Part shown: positions 19,501-26,349 of the stretch, piece after piece
How the letters are laid out: each line of letters begins with the position of its first letter
Position numbering within the stretch: position 1 is the first letter of the stretch
Source: Rhodococcus sp. WMMA185
GTDB lineage: Bacteria > Actinomycetota > Actinomycetes > Mycobacteriales > Mycobacteriaceae
Length of the DNA stretch: 32,000 bases
NCBI RefSeq assembly: GCF_001767395.1
Contig: NZ_CP017014.1
Coordinates: 3,581,012 to 3,613,011, forward strand
Direction: 5' to 3'
The notes under the pieces: model-generated
The model's input: the letters and a program-made list of their open reading frames with translations, nothing else
What the model was told of the DNA's origin: nothing
Databases searched by the model: none
Position numbers and translations under genes: made by a program

Positions 19501-21334
19501 ACGACGTGTACGGTGCCAGCGCGTCGGCGCACTCCTGCACGGCATCGGCGAAAGCTGGCGACGAGTCCAGCAATTCCGTGGCCATACCTACCCACTGCGA
19601 ACCCTGACCCGGGAAAACGAAGACCGGCCTGTCCCCGGCCTCCAACGCCGCACCGGTGACCAAGTCGGCGCTGGGCGCACCTCGACTCAGGGCGTCGAGA
19701 CCGGCCAAGAGGCTCTGCGGCTCTGTGCCGATCACCGCCGCGCGATGGTCGAACCTGGTACGTGAGGTCAGCAATGCGCTCGCCACCGCGGCGGGCGGCA
19801 CCTCGGGGTGGTCGGCGGCATACTCACGTAGCCGCTGTGCCTGGGTGCGCAGAGCGTGTTCGGTCTGGCCCGAAACGCACCAGGCCAAGACTTCGGCCGC
19901 GTGGGGGCTCGCCTCCTGAGATGACGGATCATGCTCCTTCGGGGCCGGCAGGAACTGTTCCAGTACGACATGGGCGTTGGTGCCGCTGATGCCGAACGAC
20001 GAGACTGCCGCCCGGCGGGGTCGATCGACCTCCGGCCAATCCCGGTTCTCGGTGAGGAGAGACACCGATCCAGCAGACCAGTCGACGTGCGGGGTCGGCT
20101 GGTCGACGTGCAGCGTCTTCGGTAGGACGCCACGGCGCATCGCCATGATCATTTTGATCACCCCGGCAACACCGGCGGCCGCCTGGGTATGCCCGAGGTT
20201 CGACTTCACCGAGCCCAGCCACAGCGGCCGGTCCGTGGGGCGGTCGCGGCCGTATCCGGCCAACAACGCGGTCGCCTCGATCGGATCGCCCAGCTTGGTC
20301 CCTGTACCGTGCGCCTCGACGGCATCGACGTCGGCCGGATCCAGCCCGGCATTGGCCAGCGCCTGCCGTATCACACGCTCCTGTGCCTGCCTGTTCGGAG
20401 CGGTCAGGCCGTTGCTTGCACCATCCTGGTTCACCGCACTGCCGCGGATTACGGCCAGTACCCGGTGCCCCTTTCGCTCTGCGTCAGAGAGTCGCTCCAA
20501 CGCGATCATCCCAGCACCTTCACCCCAAGCGGTGCCGTCGGCAGACGCGGCGAATGCCTTGCACCTCCCGTCTGGGGCAAGTCCGCGCTGGCGACTGAAC
20601 TCCACGAACACCGCGGGGGTCGCCATAACGGTCGCCCCACCGGCCAGCGCTAGTTCGCACTCACCGGCGCGCAGCGCTTGCATGGCGAGATGGATGGAGA
20701 CCAACGACGACGAGCACGCGGTGTCCACGGTGATCGCCGGACCGGACAGGCCGAAGCTATAGGCCACTCGCCCGGAGGCGACACTCATCGCGTTGCCGGT
20801 GATGAAGTAACCCTCTAGGTCTTCCGGCGGGCGTCCGCCGACACGCGCCGCGTAGTCGATACCGGACAGCCCGGTGAAGACCCCGACCTGGTGGCCGTGC
20901 AACGACCGCGGATCTATCCCGGCATGCTCGAAGGTCTCCCAGCTCGTTTCGAGAAGAAGGCGCTGTTGGGGGTCCATGGCCAGCGCCTCACGCGGGGAGA
21001 TCCCGAAGACCTCGGGATCGAACGCCGCCGGTTCGTCGAGAAAGCTGCCCTGCACCGTGTAGGTTTTGCCCGACTGCTCTGCCTTCGGGTCGTAAAGTTC
21101 GGCCAGACCCCAGCCGCGGTCCTCGGGGAACTTCGTTACGGTTTCCGAACCCGATTCCACCAGACTCCACAGTTCCTGCGGTGATCGCACCCCACCTGGG
21201 AATCTGCAGCCCATCCCGATCACGGCGATCGGTTCGCGGCTCACCCCCTCGGCCTCGCGGAGCTTCTCCCGAGCTTGGTAGAGGTCCGCTGTCACCCGTT
21301 TCAGGTAGTCGAGGAGCTTCGCCTGATCGGCCAT
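10574..21334 (-). CDS. Bimodular type I polyketide synthase: Ndock-KS-AT(mmal)-DH-KR-ACP-KS-AT(mal-like)-DH(degenerate)-KR-ACP-Cdock; no ER, TE or loading module
   Basis: Residue numbers follow the 3627-aa ORF-track translation; nt ranges are approximate. N-dock aa 42-72 ([29 protein letters not shown]). KS1 19958-21235 (DTACSSS C248, [13 protein letters not shown]). AT1 18743-19630 (GHSQGE, YASH 803-806). DH1 17708-18625 (HPML, H1013[18 protein letters not shown]1178AALH). KR1 16598-17146 (GGTGTIG, LED, SSAAG...Y1585AAAN). ACP1 16088-16345 (GFDS1750L). KS2 14756-16033 (C1983). AT2 13583-14449 (GHSIGE, RAFH 2529-2532). DH2* 12578-13474. KR2 11333-11878 (GGTGALG, IDD, Y3343). ACP2 10802-11050 (GFDS3515L). 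C-terminal ~70 aa end in [15 protein letters not shown] 21334 is preferred over 21457, where the 41 upstream codons have lower GC3. Confidence 0.95.
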   Translation of the reverse strand: MADQAKLLDYLKRVTADLYQAREKLREAEGVSREPIAVIGMGCRFPGGVRSPQELWSLVESGSETVTKFPEDRGWGLAELYDPKAEQSGKTYTVQGSFLDEPAAFDPEVFGISPREALAMDPQQRLLLETSWETFEHAGIDPRSLHGHQVGVFTGLSGIDYAARVGGRPPEDLEGYFITGNAMSVASGRVAYSFGLSGPAITVDTACSSSLVSIHLAMQALRAGECELALAGGATVMATPAVFVEFSRQRGLAPDGRCKAFAASADGTAWGEGAGMIALERLSDAERKGHRVLAVIRGSAVNQDGASNGLTAPNRQAQERVIRQALANAGLDPADVDAVEAHGTGTKLGDPIEATALLAGYGRDRPTDRPLWLGSVKSNLGHTQAAAGVAGVIKMIMAMRRGVLPKTLHVDQPTPHVDWSAGSVSLLTENRDWPEVDRPRRAAVSSFGISGTNAHVVLEQFLPAPKEHDPSSQEASPHAAEVLAWCVSGQTEHALRTQAQRLREYAADHPEVPPAAVASALLTSRTRFDHRAAVIGTEPQSLLAGLDALSRGAPSADLVTGAALEAGDRPVFVFPGQGSQWVGMATELLDSSPAFADAVQECADALAPYTSFSLLDVLRDPDPAALDRADVVQPALFAVMVGLAELWRSHGVEPAAVVGHSQGEIAAAYISGALSLSDAALVVAARSRVIVTSARRGGGMASVPLPPDAVRQRIQPWSGAIEVAAINGPSATVVSGADDALDALVGQLEAEGVQARRIAVEYASHCADVSVLRQPILDALASITPSRSRIPFYSAVTGGELEGTALDAGYWYRNLRHPVRFEEATRSLVADGYRLFIESCSHPVLTVPMQETLDATGVAGRIIGTIRRDRAGLRQFTAALAEAWVHGLDIEWDRVGWARRDGRHPWVELPTYGFTHRRFWLDSPAPQGDFASAGMEAGGHPMLAASVELGDGRGAVFTGLLSPERFPWLSDHAVNGTVILPGTAFVELALHAGNRIGCARIEELAIEVPLTIPVEGEVALQVSVLADGEAGRATVAVHSRSADAPPEAPWTRHASGTLSASVDVDDTTEQQWPPADATPIDVSGLYGLLDEVGYGYGPTFRGLRAAWRRGDELYGEVRLGGDDPEVAGYGIHPAVLDAALHVIAFGAAETGARDVRLPFVWDNVQLHAEGARSLRVHITMTGAERYRVSAYDAVGKRVLTADSLALRPLGDTSVSTAGVGSSLYRVEWIPTTAATTAAADLMPLQDALAGGDHTDRVLWLDLHPGDESPMPSRAHAAAQEALRAIQYWLREDGLDETHLLVTTRLAVPVRDDEPIDDVAAAPAWGLISAVQNENPDRITLVDLDVPAGETPDPALLSMALACKEPQVAIRDGSLLAPVLATAAFKAESEESPPPFGPTGTILITGGTGTIGRLIARHLVDRYGVRRVVLTGRRALDAESVAELQAEFAGTGAEVSAAACDVADRAAIAALLADIPDLSGVVHAAGVLEDGTAATLSEEQLHAVLRPKVDGSWHLHELTRDRELSAFVLFSSAAGVLGGAGQANYAAANVFLDALAQHRRVRGLPAISMAWGLWDRPSGMTSHLSATDLDRLQRNGIDTISPESGPDLFDAALVLNRPLVVPIRLSMRASRTEGESVPPILRRVLGIRRRRAAATESPTGLADELRALDPGERHSRVLDIVTTHVAAVLGYDGKEVIDPERAFKQLGFDSLTAVQLRNNLANATGVSLAATVVFDHPTADALTRELLARLLGSSSTAQPTRAARTSEDDDPIVIVGMACRYPGKVYSADDLWRLVRDGHNAAGAYPDNRGWDLDEVYDPDPDRSGTTYMKEGGFLYDADEFDAAFFGVGPREAIAMDPQHRLLLESAWEALEQAGIQPDSPDLTGTGVYIGLMGGDYGFHLMAQRNVDAEGYLMTGTSDSVASGRISYSLGFTGPAVTVDTACSSSLVAMHLAAQALRDGECPLALAGGATVMSTPGVLVEFSRQRGLAPDGRCKPFSDRADGTGLSEGSGMVVLERLSDARRNGHRVLATIRGSAVNQDGASNGLTAPNGPSQERVIRQALANASLGPTDIDAVEAHGTGTTLGDPIEAQALLATYGQDRAGRPLWLGSVKSNIGHSQAAAGVAGVIKMVMAMRHGVLPPSLHGDAPTRHVDWTAGEVSLLAEPIAWPETGRPRRAAVSSFGISGTNAHMILEAPPAEPEPQAPQPPESPLVWVISGKSADALRAQASRLEEFLDKDEEDLPDLADLAYSLATTRSSFPHRAAVIGQTLAELREGLARIAEGRPGGNVITGTSARGKTAFMFTGQGAQRVGMGRGLYDSYPVFADAMDDVCAALDEHVKTPVQKVIWDEADGGDAKLDSTDYTQPALFAVEVALYRLLRDWGITPDYLIGHSIGEITAAHVAGVFSLPDAAALVGNRGRLMQSTEPGLMIAVRARAEDIMAQIDGRVDLAAVNGTESVVLSGGEDEVQAVATELKAADIKNTTLRVERAFHSALMEPILDEFTAVVSGLSAQQPKIPVVSNETGRLATADELTSPEYWTRHIRQPVRFHDGVHALEELGVTRFIEVGPGATLAAYAAELVPDTIATLPKRRTEAHAIMEAVAAAYVRGVAVDWDRVLPGRRRVNLPTYAFQRRSFWPSEPMRNAGDPTELGLSAANHPLLGATMTLDDDSTLFTGQLSLRRDSWLVAAPVDDTAAGPRDDTAAGPRDDTAAGPRDDADSSSADGPQIVSPSVLVELTLHAAHHVGFDHIRELTLHHPVTLSSSGSASIRVLVSPDGGSGDRTVTISSNPGEDDSEDAWVRNASATIDDVVSVAKEVPKVDEGAEVGLEEGTEIEVGLEEGIDTSGFGIHPALLQDVLEPILGWDGWPMDWAGVRLHTVGAEAVSVQFEAGEDGRYRLAAIDPEGRPVLTVDALRVVQRVTDGEGAGGSAARRLHRLSWVRVEVDSSEQTIGPMVVLGADGFADNVFGDKGFGDKGFGDKGFGTDLPRYPDVEALRTAMESMADEDDRRPRAVLVGCGTEGEQGPEATHQLCARVLNLLQKWLEDDVANSPLVIVTRNAIATDDDSRRDDRTDLAAAAVWGLVGSAQNENPDRFVLIDLDEGADAEVATASAAITSALASGEPQSAMRNGTLLAPRLRRLRPVHDSAVSPFDPRGTVLVTGGTGALGSLVARHLVTEHGARHLLLTSRRGPDAEGCDELRRELVATGAEVSIVACDTSDETAVSGLLAEIPSEHPLTAVIHTAGVIDDATLPSLTTDRLDAVLRPKVDAAWHLHRLTEKCDLQAFVMFSSLAGVLGAPGQANYAAANMFLDALARHRHALGLPALSIAWGMWAPPSAMTDNLGAIDLARARRSGMVPLSAVDGLTLLDTALTAGVAAVAAARFDHSGTAAPYVPAPLRGLIRESRPRSSGSGAAEPGSVGSGPSDWEQRLANRSIPEQRHLMLDLVRTGAAEVLGYAAADKVDPDQAFKELGFDSLAAVALRNYLGAATGLRLPPTVVFDHPNSRAIAEFLRAELAPDPASVALADLDRLRAAIAQLGEDGEARSAIAQRLRLLLAEVGAGDAHADAVDKIHSATSEEILDLIDRGL
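12391..12450 (-). repeat. In-frame 15-nt tandem repeat (3 perfect copies plus 1 degenerate) encoding (GDKGF)3 inside the PKS
   Basis: caaatcccttgtcac occurs at 12391, 12406 and 12421, followed by the degenerate caaatacgttgtcgg. The protein reads [23 protein letters not shown] (aa 3003-3025). It lies in the linker before the structural KR2 subdomain. Confidence 0.95.
12816..12875 (-). repeat. Imperfect 30-nt tandem duplication inside the degenerate DH2 region (encodes EVGLEEG twice)
   Basis: ccttcttcgaggcccacctcg at 12816 and ccttcttcgaggcctacttcg at 12846. The protein reads [21 protein letters not shown] (aa 2863-2883). Confidence 0.8.
13187..13261 (-). repeat. In-frame 24-nt tandem repeat (3 copies) encoding (DTAAGPRD)3, inserted at the DH2 active-site motif position
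   Basis: Three units of (a/g)tcatcacgcggccc(g/a)gccgcggt start at 13187, 13211 and 13235. The protein reads [32 protein letters not shown] (aa 2731-2760). Confidence 0.95.
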
Positions 21335-21692
21335 TCGAGACCAGCTCCCATCCAAGATCCGCCTTGCCAGCGTAGAAACTTCGATTGTATCCGTGACCAC
21401 GGCCCGGACGCATTGATCCGCAGCGGTGACGGGGGCGCCTAGATCACGATTGGCCACAGTTTCGTGCCCGATTCAGGGCCCGTCGAGAAGCTCGCCACAA
21501 CGCCGTGAAAGCAGGTCAGAACACTTTCCGCCGTTTGCCTCCTCGGAACGAAAGGTGCGGCATACGAAGGTAGTTCGCAATTCGAGCGCGGCACTACCGG
21601 ATACCACGCCGTAGAATTTCGGTGAGGAGGCTATCGCCCTCCCCGGTGCACAATCCCGCAGGCGCGCCCATATCAAGCGGCGGAGAACGACG

Positions 21693-23042
21693 ATGCAATT
21701 TGGAGCCCGATTCGGCAGGTACCGCCTCGACCTTCCAATGTCAGCGGATGCGAACGGCGAGGTCTGGGCAGCATTCGACACGGTCACGAATCAACACGTG
21801 ACCGTGCGCGCGCTACCAGCGGAAACTACCGAGAACGACGAGTACCGCGATCGGTTCGAACGAGTTGCCGGCATTGCGGCGAACATCCACCACCCCTATG
21901 TGCTTCCGGTCCACGACTTCGGGCAGATCGGCGACCGCCTCTTCCTCGCAACCCCGCACATCCAGGGCACCAGCCTGCACACGATGCTCCAGTCCACCGG
22001 CGCGATGGAGGTACCACGCGCGGTCGACATCATCGAACAACTGGCGTCGGCCCTCGAAGCTGTACACGCGGCGGGACTCGCAGAGCAGGTGGTCACGTCG
22101 TCGAACGTTCACATGCAGGAAAACGGGCTGATCTGCCTCACCGACGTCGGGCTCCCCGCTAGTCCGGGCAGGCCGTCGGGGGTCTACGGTCTCGCCTCGG
22201 TGCTGTACGAATGCCTCACCGGCATGCCGTTTCAGCCCTCGGGCGGAAACGAGTTGCCTACACATCCATCGTCGGTCATGCCTACGGTGCCCGCCGGCAT
22301 GGACGCCGTGATCGCGCGGGGCACCGCGGTCGACCCCGCACGACGATACCCGTCCGAAAGCGAATTGGCCGCCGCCGCTCGCGGGGTGGTGGCACCCGCA
22401 CCATCCGTCCCCGAGCCCAGTCCCTCAATCCCTCCGGTCAACTGGAGGCGGCGTGCCATGGTCGCCGGCCTTTCGGTCGTAGCAATCATTGCTGTCGCGA
22501 TCGTCGGCGGCATCGCTATAGGGTCGAGGCCGTCGCCCGACGCGACCGTCCCCGCAGCATCGCCAACGTCTGAACAGGCATCCTCGCCGACCGTGACCAC
22601 TCCGCCGCCTGCCACGACCCATCCGACCCAGGCTGAGCAGGCAGCACCGGAACAGGCACCACAGCAGGCGCAGACCCAGATTGCGGAAACAGCTCCACCT
22701 CAGCAAGCGCCCCAACCCGCACCAGCACCAGCACCAGCACCTGCGCCCCAGGTACTGCCGTGCTACGACGGCTACCAGCACACCCCACCACCGGACGGGC
22801 CGTGCCTCTCGATCGGCTCATCCCCCGAACCGGCACAGGTACCGGCCGCACCCGCGCCACAGGTGCTGCCCTGCTACGACGGCTACCAGCACACCCCACC
22901 ACCGGACGGGCCGTGCCTCCCGATCGGCTCATCCCCCGAACCGGCACAGGTACCGGCCGCACCCGCACCACAGGTGCTGCCCTGCTACGACGGCTACCAG
23001 CACACCCCACCACCGGACGGGCCGTGCCGCAGAATCCCCTGA
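21693..23042 (+). CDS. Single-pass membrane protein: cytoplasmic Ser/Thr-kinase-like pseudokinase domain, TM helix, Pro/Ala/Gln-rich stalk and a tandem Cys-loop repeat ectodomain
   Basis: A Hanks-kinase fold can be aligned by eye to PknB, but key residues are replaced. The G-loop reads SADANG instead of GxGxxG. VAxK becomes VTVR (R39). HRDxKxxN becomes AEQVVTSSN (aa 130-138). DFG becomes DVG (151-153). The activation segment/APE is cut to about 9 aa. TM helix AMVAGLSVVAIIAVAIVGGIAIG (aa 255-277). An (AP)n microsatellite lies at 22719-22742. It is followed by 37-aa repeats QVLPCYDGYQHTPPPDGPC.... Confidence 0.8.
   Translation: MQFGARFGRYRLDLPMSADANGEVWAAFDTVTNQHVTVRALPAETTENDEYRDRFERVAGIAANIHHPYVLPVHDFGQIGDRLFLATPHIQGTSLHTMLQSTGAMEVPRAVDIIEQLASALEAVHAAGLAEQVVTSSNVHMQENGLICLTDVGLPASPGRPSGVYGLASVLYECLTGMPFQPSGGNELPTHPSSVMPTVPAGMDAVIARGTAVDPARRYPSESELAAAARGVVAPAPSVPEPSPSIPPVNWRRRAMVAGLSVVAIIAVAIVGGIAIGSRPSPDATVPAASPTSEQASSPTVTTPPPATTHPTQAEQAAPEQAPQQAQTQIAETAPPQQAPQPAPAPAPAPAPQVLPCYDGYQHTPPPDGPCLSIGSSPEPAQVPAAPAPQVLPCYDGYQHTPPPDGPCLPIGSSPEPAQVPAAPAPQVLPCYDGYQHTPPPDGPCRRIP
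22749..23036 (+). repeat. 111-nt (37-codon) tandem repeat, 2.6 copies, near identical at the DNA level
   Basis: Units start at 22749, 22860 and 22971. Copies 1 and 2 differ at 4 of 111 nt. Copy 3 is identical to copy 2 for 57 nt and then diverges into the stop codon. Confidence 0.95.
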
Positions 23043-23060
23043 GCCGATTAGGATCGGCCC

Positions 23061-23435
23061 GTGATCGACTTCGAAAATGCGTCATTCATCAAACTCACCC
23101 AGTCGGATCCGAATGCCGCCTGGGACGCCCTTCAAGGACTCCTCATCCCTGGCGAGGAGATTCTCATGGCATTCAAAGGCGTGCGAGACTCGGTGACCTT
23201 CACCAACAAGCGCATCGTCGTGCTCAATGCGCAAGGCATCACCGGGAAGAAGAAGGACTACACCTCACTGCCCTACAACCGCATCCAAGCGTTCTCCGTC
23301 GAGACGTCCGGGACCTTCGATTCCGACACCGAACTCCAACTGTGGTTCAGCAGCTTGGGATTGGTGCGCTTCGAATTCGGCCGCGGCACCGACATCCGAT
23401 CCGTGAACTACCTCATCGCGAATCACGTGCTCTGA
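23061..23435 (+). CDS. Bacterial pleckstrin-homology domain protein (bPH_1 / YokE-like)
   Basis: MIDFENASFIKL...GEEILMAFKGVRDSVTFTNKRIVVLNAQGITGKKKDYTSLPYNRIQAFSVETSGTFDSDTELQLWF matches the bPH_1 pattern (RD...FT.KR....D.QG.TGKK....IPY..I..F..ET.G..D.D.EL). GTG start. Confidence 0.75.
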   Translation: MIDFENASFIKLTQSDPNAAWDALQGLLIPGEEILMAFKGVRDSVTFTNKRIVVLNAQGITGKKKDYTSLPYNRIQAFSVETSGTFDSDTELQLWFSSLGLVRFEFGRGTDIRSVNYLIANHVL

Positions 23436-23463
23436 CGGCACGGCCCTACGTCGGATCAGGTGC

Positions 23464-23946
23464 TCAGAGCTTGTAGCCGATCGTGCGGAGCAGGGCCTTG
23501 CGGTCGGCTACATCGGCGCTCGTCTCCACGCCGGCTGGTGGGCCCCCGTCGATCACGCCGACGATGCCCCGGCCGAGCTCGGTCTCCGCGACGATGATCT
23601 CGACGGGGTTGGCCGTCGCACAGAAGATGCCGCACACCTCTGGTACTCGTTTCAACGAGTTCAGGAAGTTCACCGGGTAGCCGTCCTCGACGAACACGAA
23701 GAACGAGTGTCCCGCTCCGACGGCAAGCGCGTTGCGCTTGGCCAACTCGACGAGAAGATCGTCGTTGCCCGAGCAGCGCACCAGACGAGGCCCGGAGGCT
23801 TCGCAGAATGCCACACCGAACCGGAGGTGAGGACTCACCCCGGCCAGTGCTTCGTGCAGGTCCTCGACGGTCTTGATGAAGTGGGACTGCCCGACGACCA
23901 CGTTCATGTCGTCAGGCTTGTCGACCGCTACGCTGTGCAGTTCCAC
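23464..23946 (-). CDS. Adenosine-specific kinase family (PF04008-like) protein
   Basis: VELHSVAVDKPDDMNVVVGQSHFIKTVEDLHEAL...FGVAFCEASGPRLVR..GND...GAGHSFFVFVEDGYPVNFLNSLKRVPEV..IFCATANP...GRGIVGVIDG is the conserved pattern of this family. GTG 23946 lies 5 nt after a GGAGGAGG SD. Confidence 0.75.
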   Translation of the reverse strand: MELHSVAVDKPDDMNVVVGQSHFIKTVEDLHEALAGVSPHLRFGVAFCEASGPRLVRCSGNDDLLVELAKRNALAVGAGHSFFVFVEDGYPVNFLNSLKRVPEVCGIFCATANPVEIIVAETELGRGIVGVIDGGPPAGVETSADVADRKALLRTIGYKL

Positions 23947-24048
23947 GATCGCCTCCTCCGGTGCCTGTGATTGACGGAAGGGTCGACAATCAGTCTGCCT
24001 CGCTTCGGCACGGACTACAACGACGGCCACACTGGCGCTACGCCCGTG

Positions 24049-24852
24049 TCACCCGTGAACAGGCATGAATGCGTCGTAGATCGCCTGTGGCGCACCATCG
24101 ATGGCCCAGATCGCCATCAGACCCACGGCCACGGTGAGTGCGGGGCCGAGCACGACCTTCTCGAAAGGGCCACCCGCCCTGATGGACAGGAAGGATGGCA
24201 ACCGCAATTCGAACCACCGCTCCTTGCCCACCACCAGGAAGGGGGCGAGGAAGGGCACACCGTCCTTCGTGATCGCGTCCCCGAGACAGTGCGTGACGCA
24301 ACCGAGCGCCACCGCTACGCCGAGCCCCGTAGAGCCGGCTTCCGTGGGATACATCTGCCACGTCAGGGCGGACAAGACGGCGGCCACCGCCGAAACCGCC
24401 AGCCAACCCTTTTCTTTGGCAAGCTCACCGGCGAGACCACGAAGTGCGAGCCCCAGGAAGATGAACAGTGTGGCGATGATGGCAGGCTTGCCGAACCGCG
24501 CGACCAGCGCAGTCACCCCCACCCCGATAGCGAACGCGAACAACGCGGTGTGGGTGAGCGTCCGGTGTCCACCGCGCCGCTTTCCGTCGCGTTTTCCCCT
24601 GGTCAGGTTGTAGAACCCCAACGAGAGCGCATCGACGCCCTTGGCGAGGATATTGCTGACCGGACCGAAGGAGCGCGAAACGGTGGACTGACCGGTGTCC
24701 AAGTCAGGGAGCAGCGCCGCCCCCGCACACACAGCGGCGAACGTGAACGCCTCGGCTGCGGAGGTGGCCCCACCCCAGTCGTGCGGAAGCAAATCTGAGG
24801 CCGCCAAGCCGACGGCAGCACCGGACATTGCATGGGTGGGACCCATCACCAT
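24049..24852 (-). CDS. Membrane-bound metal-dependent hydrolase, YdjM/DUF457 family
   Basis: GPTHAMSGAA, LLPDLD, HRTLTHT and HCLGDAITKDGVPFLAPF are the His/Asp motifs of YdjM-type hydrolases. Several TM helices are present. Start ATG 24852, with alternatives at 24846 and TTG 24876. Confidence 0.75.
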   Translation of the reverse strand: MVMGPTHAMSGAAVGLAASDLLPHDWGGATSAAEAFTFAAVCAGAALLPDLDTGQSTVSRSFGPVSNILAKGVDALSLGFYNLTRGKRDGKRRGGHRTLTHTALFAFAIGVGVTALVARFGKPAIIATLFIFLGLALRGLAGELAKEKGWLAVSAVAAVLSALTWQMYPTEAGSTGLGVAVALGCVTHCLGDAITKDGVPFLAPFLVVGKERWFELRLPSFLSIRAGGPFEKVVLGPALTVAVGLMAIWAIDGAPQAIYDAFMPVHG

Positions 24853-24959
24853 GGAAGACAGTACCTTTCGCACCAACCCGGGACACGGTCATCCGAGTCC
24901 TGACACCGCCAAACCTAGCAATGACACCCGACACCGCCACGTCGCACTGTGGATCGGTC

Positions 24960-25433
24960 TCAGGCGACCTGCGCCTGCCACATCCAGTGCAACTGCTCGA
25001 GTCGCGCGGTGATCGAAATCAACAGGTCCTGGGTGACGGGGTCGGCCTTCTCCGTGGCCGTGATGCGATCGCGGAGGCGATCGATGACGGCCGCGAGGTT
25101 TCCGACGATCGACGCAACGATCTCGGAATCCTGGGTCCAGCCTTCCCCGATGCCCTTGCTGCCCGTATCTCTTGCGACAGTGGCCGCTCGACCGTCGGGG
25201 CTGACACCGATAGCCGTGGCCCGTTCGGCCGCCTCGTCGGTGAAATCGCGGGCCGCGGTCACCAGTTCGTCGAGGGCCAGGTGCACTGACCGGAAATTCT
25301 GTCCGATCACGTTCCAGTGGGCTTGCTTCGCGATCAGACTCAGGTCGATGAGGTCGACGACCGTCGCTTGCAGCGCGGCGCCCACGATCTTCTGCTGGTT
25401 GCTGTCGAGTGTGCTCGTGATGGGGTAGCTCAT
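24960..25433 (-). CDS. dps: Dps (DNA protection during starvation, ferritin-like) protein, 157 aa
   Basis: MSYPITSTLDSNQQKIVGAALQATVVDLIDLSLIAKQAHWNVIGQNFRSVHLALDELV... contains the Dps ferroxidase-site pattern (K.AHWNV.G..F...H..LDE). ATG 25433 follows a GGGAGGGA SD. The N-terminal 60 codons of the track ORF are rejected. Confidence 0.92.
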   Translation of the reverse strand: MSYPITSTLDSNQQKIVGAALQATVVDLIDLSLIAKQAHWNVIGQNFRSVHLALDELVTAARDFTDEAAERATAIGVSPDGRAATVARDTGSKGIGEGWTQDSEIVASIVGNLAAVIDRLRDRITATEKADPVTQDLLISITARLEQLHWMWQAQVA

Positions 25434-25715
25434 TGCGAGCTCCCTCCCTTCGGTTCGGCTTTGCGGCGCCGCACATATGACGCGCGACGAGGGTTCATAT
25501 TCACCAACGCCCTTACCAACACCACCCTTCCCGTCGTGACCGTACAGACACTTGAAGAGGACTCTTCTGGATACAACAACTTGGCAAATACGGCAGACCA
25601 GCCGGGCGTTCACCCTGCCCTGAGGAGGATGATGGAGTTGACACCATGACCACGAGTAGTCGTGAAGTGCGCAGTGCGAAAGTGCGCAGTGTGGAGTCGG
25701 GCGAAGGAGGGTGTC

Positions 25716-25775
25716 ATGGAAACCGCGATCGTGTTCGTTCTCGCCTTGCTGTTCTACTGGTGGGGTCTGCTCTGA
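25716..25775 (+). CDS. Candidate 19-aa hydrophobic micro-protein METAIVFVLALLFYWWGLL
   Basis: GAAGGAGG ends 5 nt before ATG 25716. GC3 is 16/19, matching the coding bias of the window. The peptide is a single predicted TM-length hydrophobic stretch. It is on the opposite strand to both flanking genes. No homology could be checked. Confidence 0.4.
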   Translation: METAIVFVLALLFYWWGLL

Positions 25776-25861
25776 TCCTTGTCTGAGTCATCGTCTGAGT
25801 CATCCCAGGGACCTCCCTCGGTCTTGCCTCGAGTGCAGCAGATGAGGTGGGGCGGGACTGG

Positions 25862-26317
25862 TCAGGACCGAGCCCTCGCCTCTGTTCCGTTCCGAGTAGC
25901 GGCCTGGCACTGCAAGCAGAATCCCCAGAAGACGACCTCGGCCTCGTCGATTTCGAATCCGTGTGACTCCGACGGGTCGAGACAAGGGGCCTCTCCAACG
26001 GCGCAGTCAACATCTACGACAGTCCCGCAACCGCGACAGACGAGGTGATGATGGTTGTCTCCGGTACGGGTCTCGAAGCGAGCGGGCGAACCTGCGGGCT
26101 CGATTCGCCGCAGCAATCCAGCGGTGGTGCACGCTCTCAGAACGTCATACACCGCCTGGGTGGAGACCGAACCCAACTCGCTACGTACCGCAGCCGCGAT
26201 TTCGTCGACATCGGAATGTGGCCGTGCGGCAACCGCATTCAACACCGCAACTCGTGGCGCAGTGACACGTAAGCCGACTCCTCGCAACTGCTCTCGGGGA
26301 TCGATGTCGTGCCGCAT
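25862..26317 (-). CDS. furA: Fur-family transcriptional regulator, FurA/PerR-like
   Basis: LRVTAPRVAVLNAV...HSDVDEI...STQAVYDVL...GDNHHHLVCRGCGTVVDVDCAVGEAPCL...GFEIDEAEVVFWGFCLQC has the HHH and CxxC...CxxC metal sites. It is collinear with Mtb FurA as recalled. Confidence 0.88.
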   Translation of the reverse strand: MRHDIDPREQLRGVGLRVTAPRVAVLNAVAARPHSDVDEIAAAVRSELGSVSTQAVYDVLRACTTAGLLRRIEPAGSPARFETRTGDNHHHLVCRGCGTVVDVDCAVGEAPCLDPSESHGFEIDEAEVVFWGFCLQCQAATRNGTEARARS

Positions 26318-26349
26318 GCCCTAAAGCATGACACCTATTTTGGAACTAG

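Noticed and set aside
10574-21334. Search for ER, thioesterase, reductase-release or KSQ/CoA-ligase loading domains in the PKS.
   Set aside because: The DH-to-KR spacing (about 170-230 aa) fits only the structural KR subdomain. There is no NADPH-binding ER motif, no GxSxG TE after ACP2, and both KS domains keep the active-site Cys.
21335-21457. The 41-codon N-terminal extension of the PKS, using the ORF-track start at 21457.
   Set aside because: Its third-position GC is clearly lower than in the PKS body. The docking-domain sequence begins exactly at ATG 21334, preceded by GGGAG. It is kept only as an alternative start.
22516-23085. A 189-aa minus-strand ORF antisense to the pseudokinase repeat region, which itself shows internal repeats.
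   Set aside because: Its repeats simply mirror the 111-nt DNA repeat. The + frame continues in phase from the kinase-like domain and TM helix.
24853-24959. A LexA/SOS box upstream of the YdjM-family gene; the family is LexA-regulated in some bacteria.
   Set aside because: No TCGAAC-N4-GTTCGA-like sequence is present in this interval.
25629-25784. Other small + strand ORFs upstream of, or overlapping, the micro-ORF (MMELTP after GAGGAGGA, and the 46-codon MTTSSREVRSAKVRS...).
   Set aside because: The first has 6 codons. The second has no SD, an Arg/Ser-rich sequence and a different frame from the SD-preceded hydrophobic ORF.
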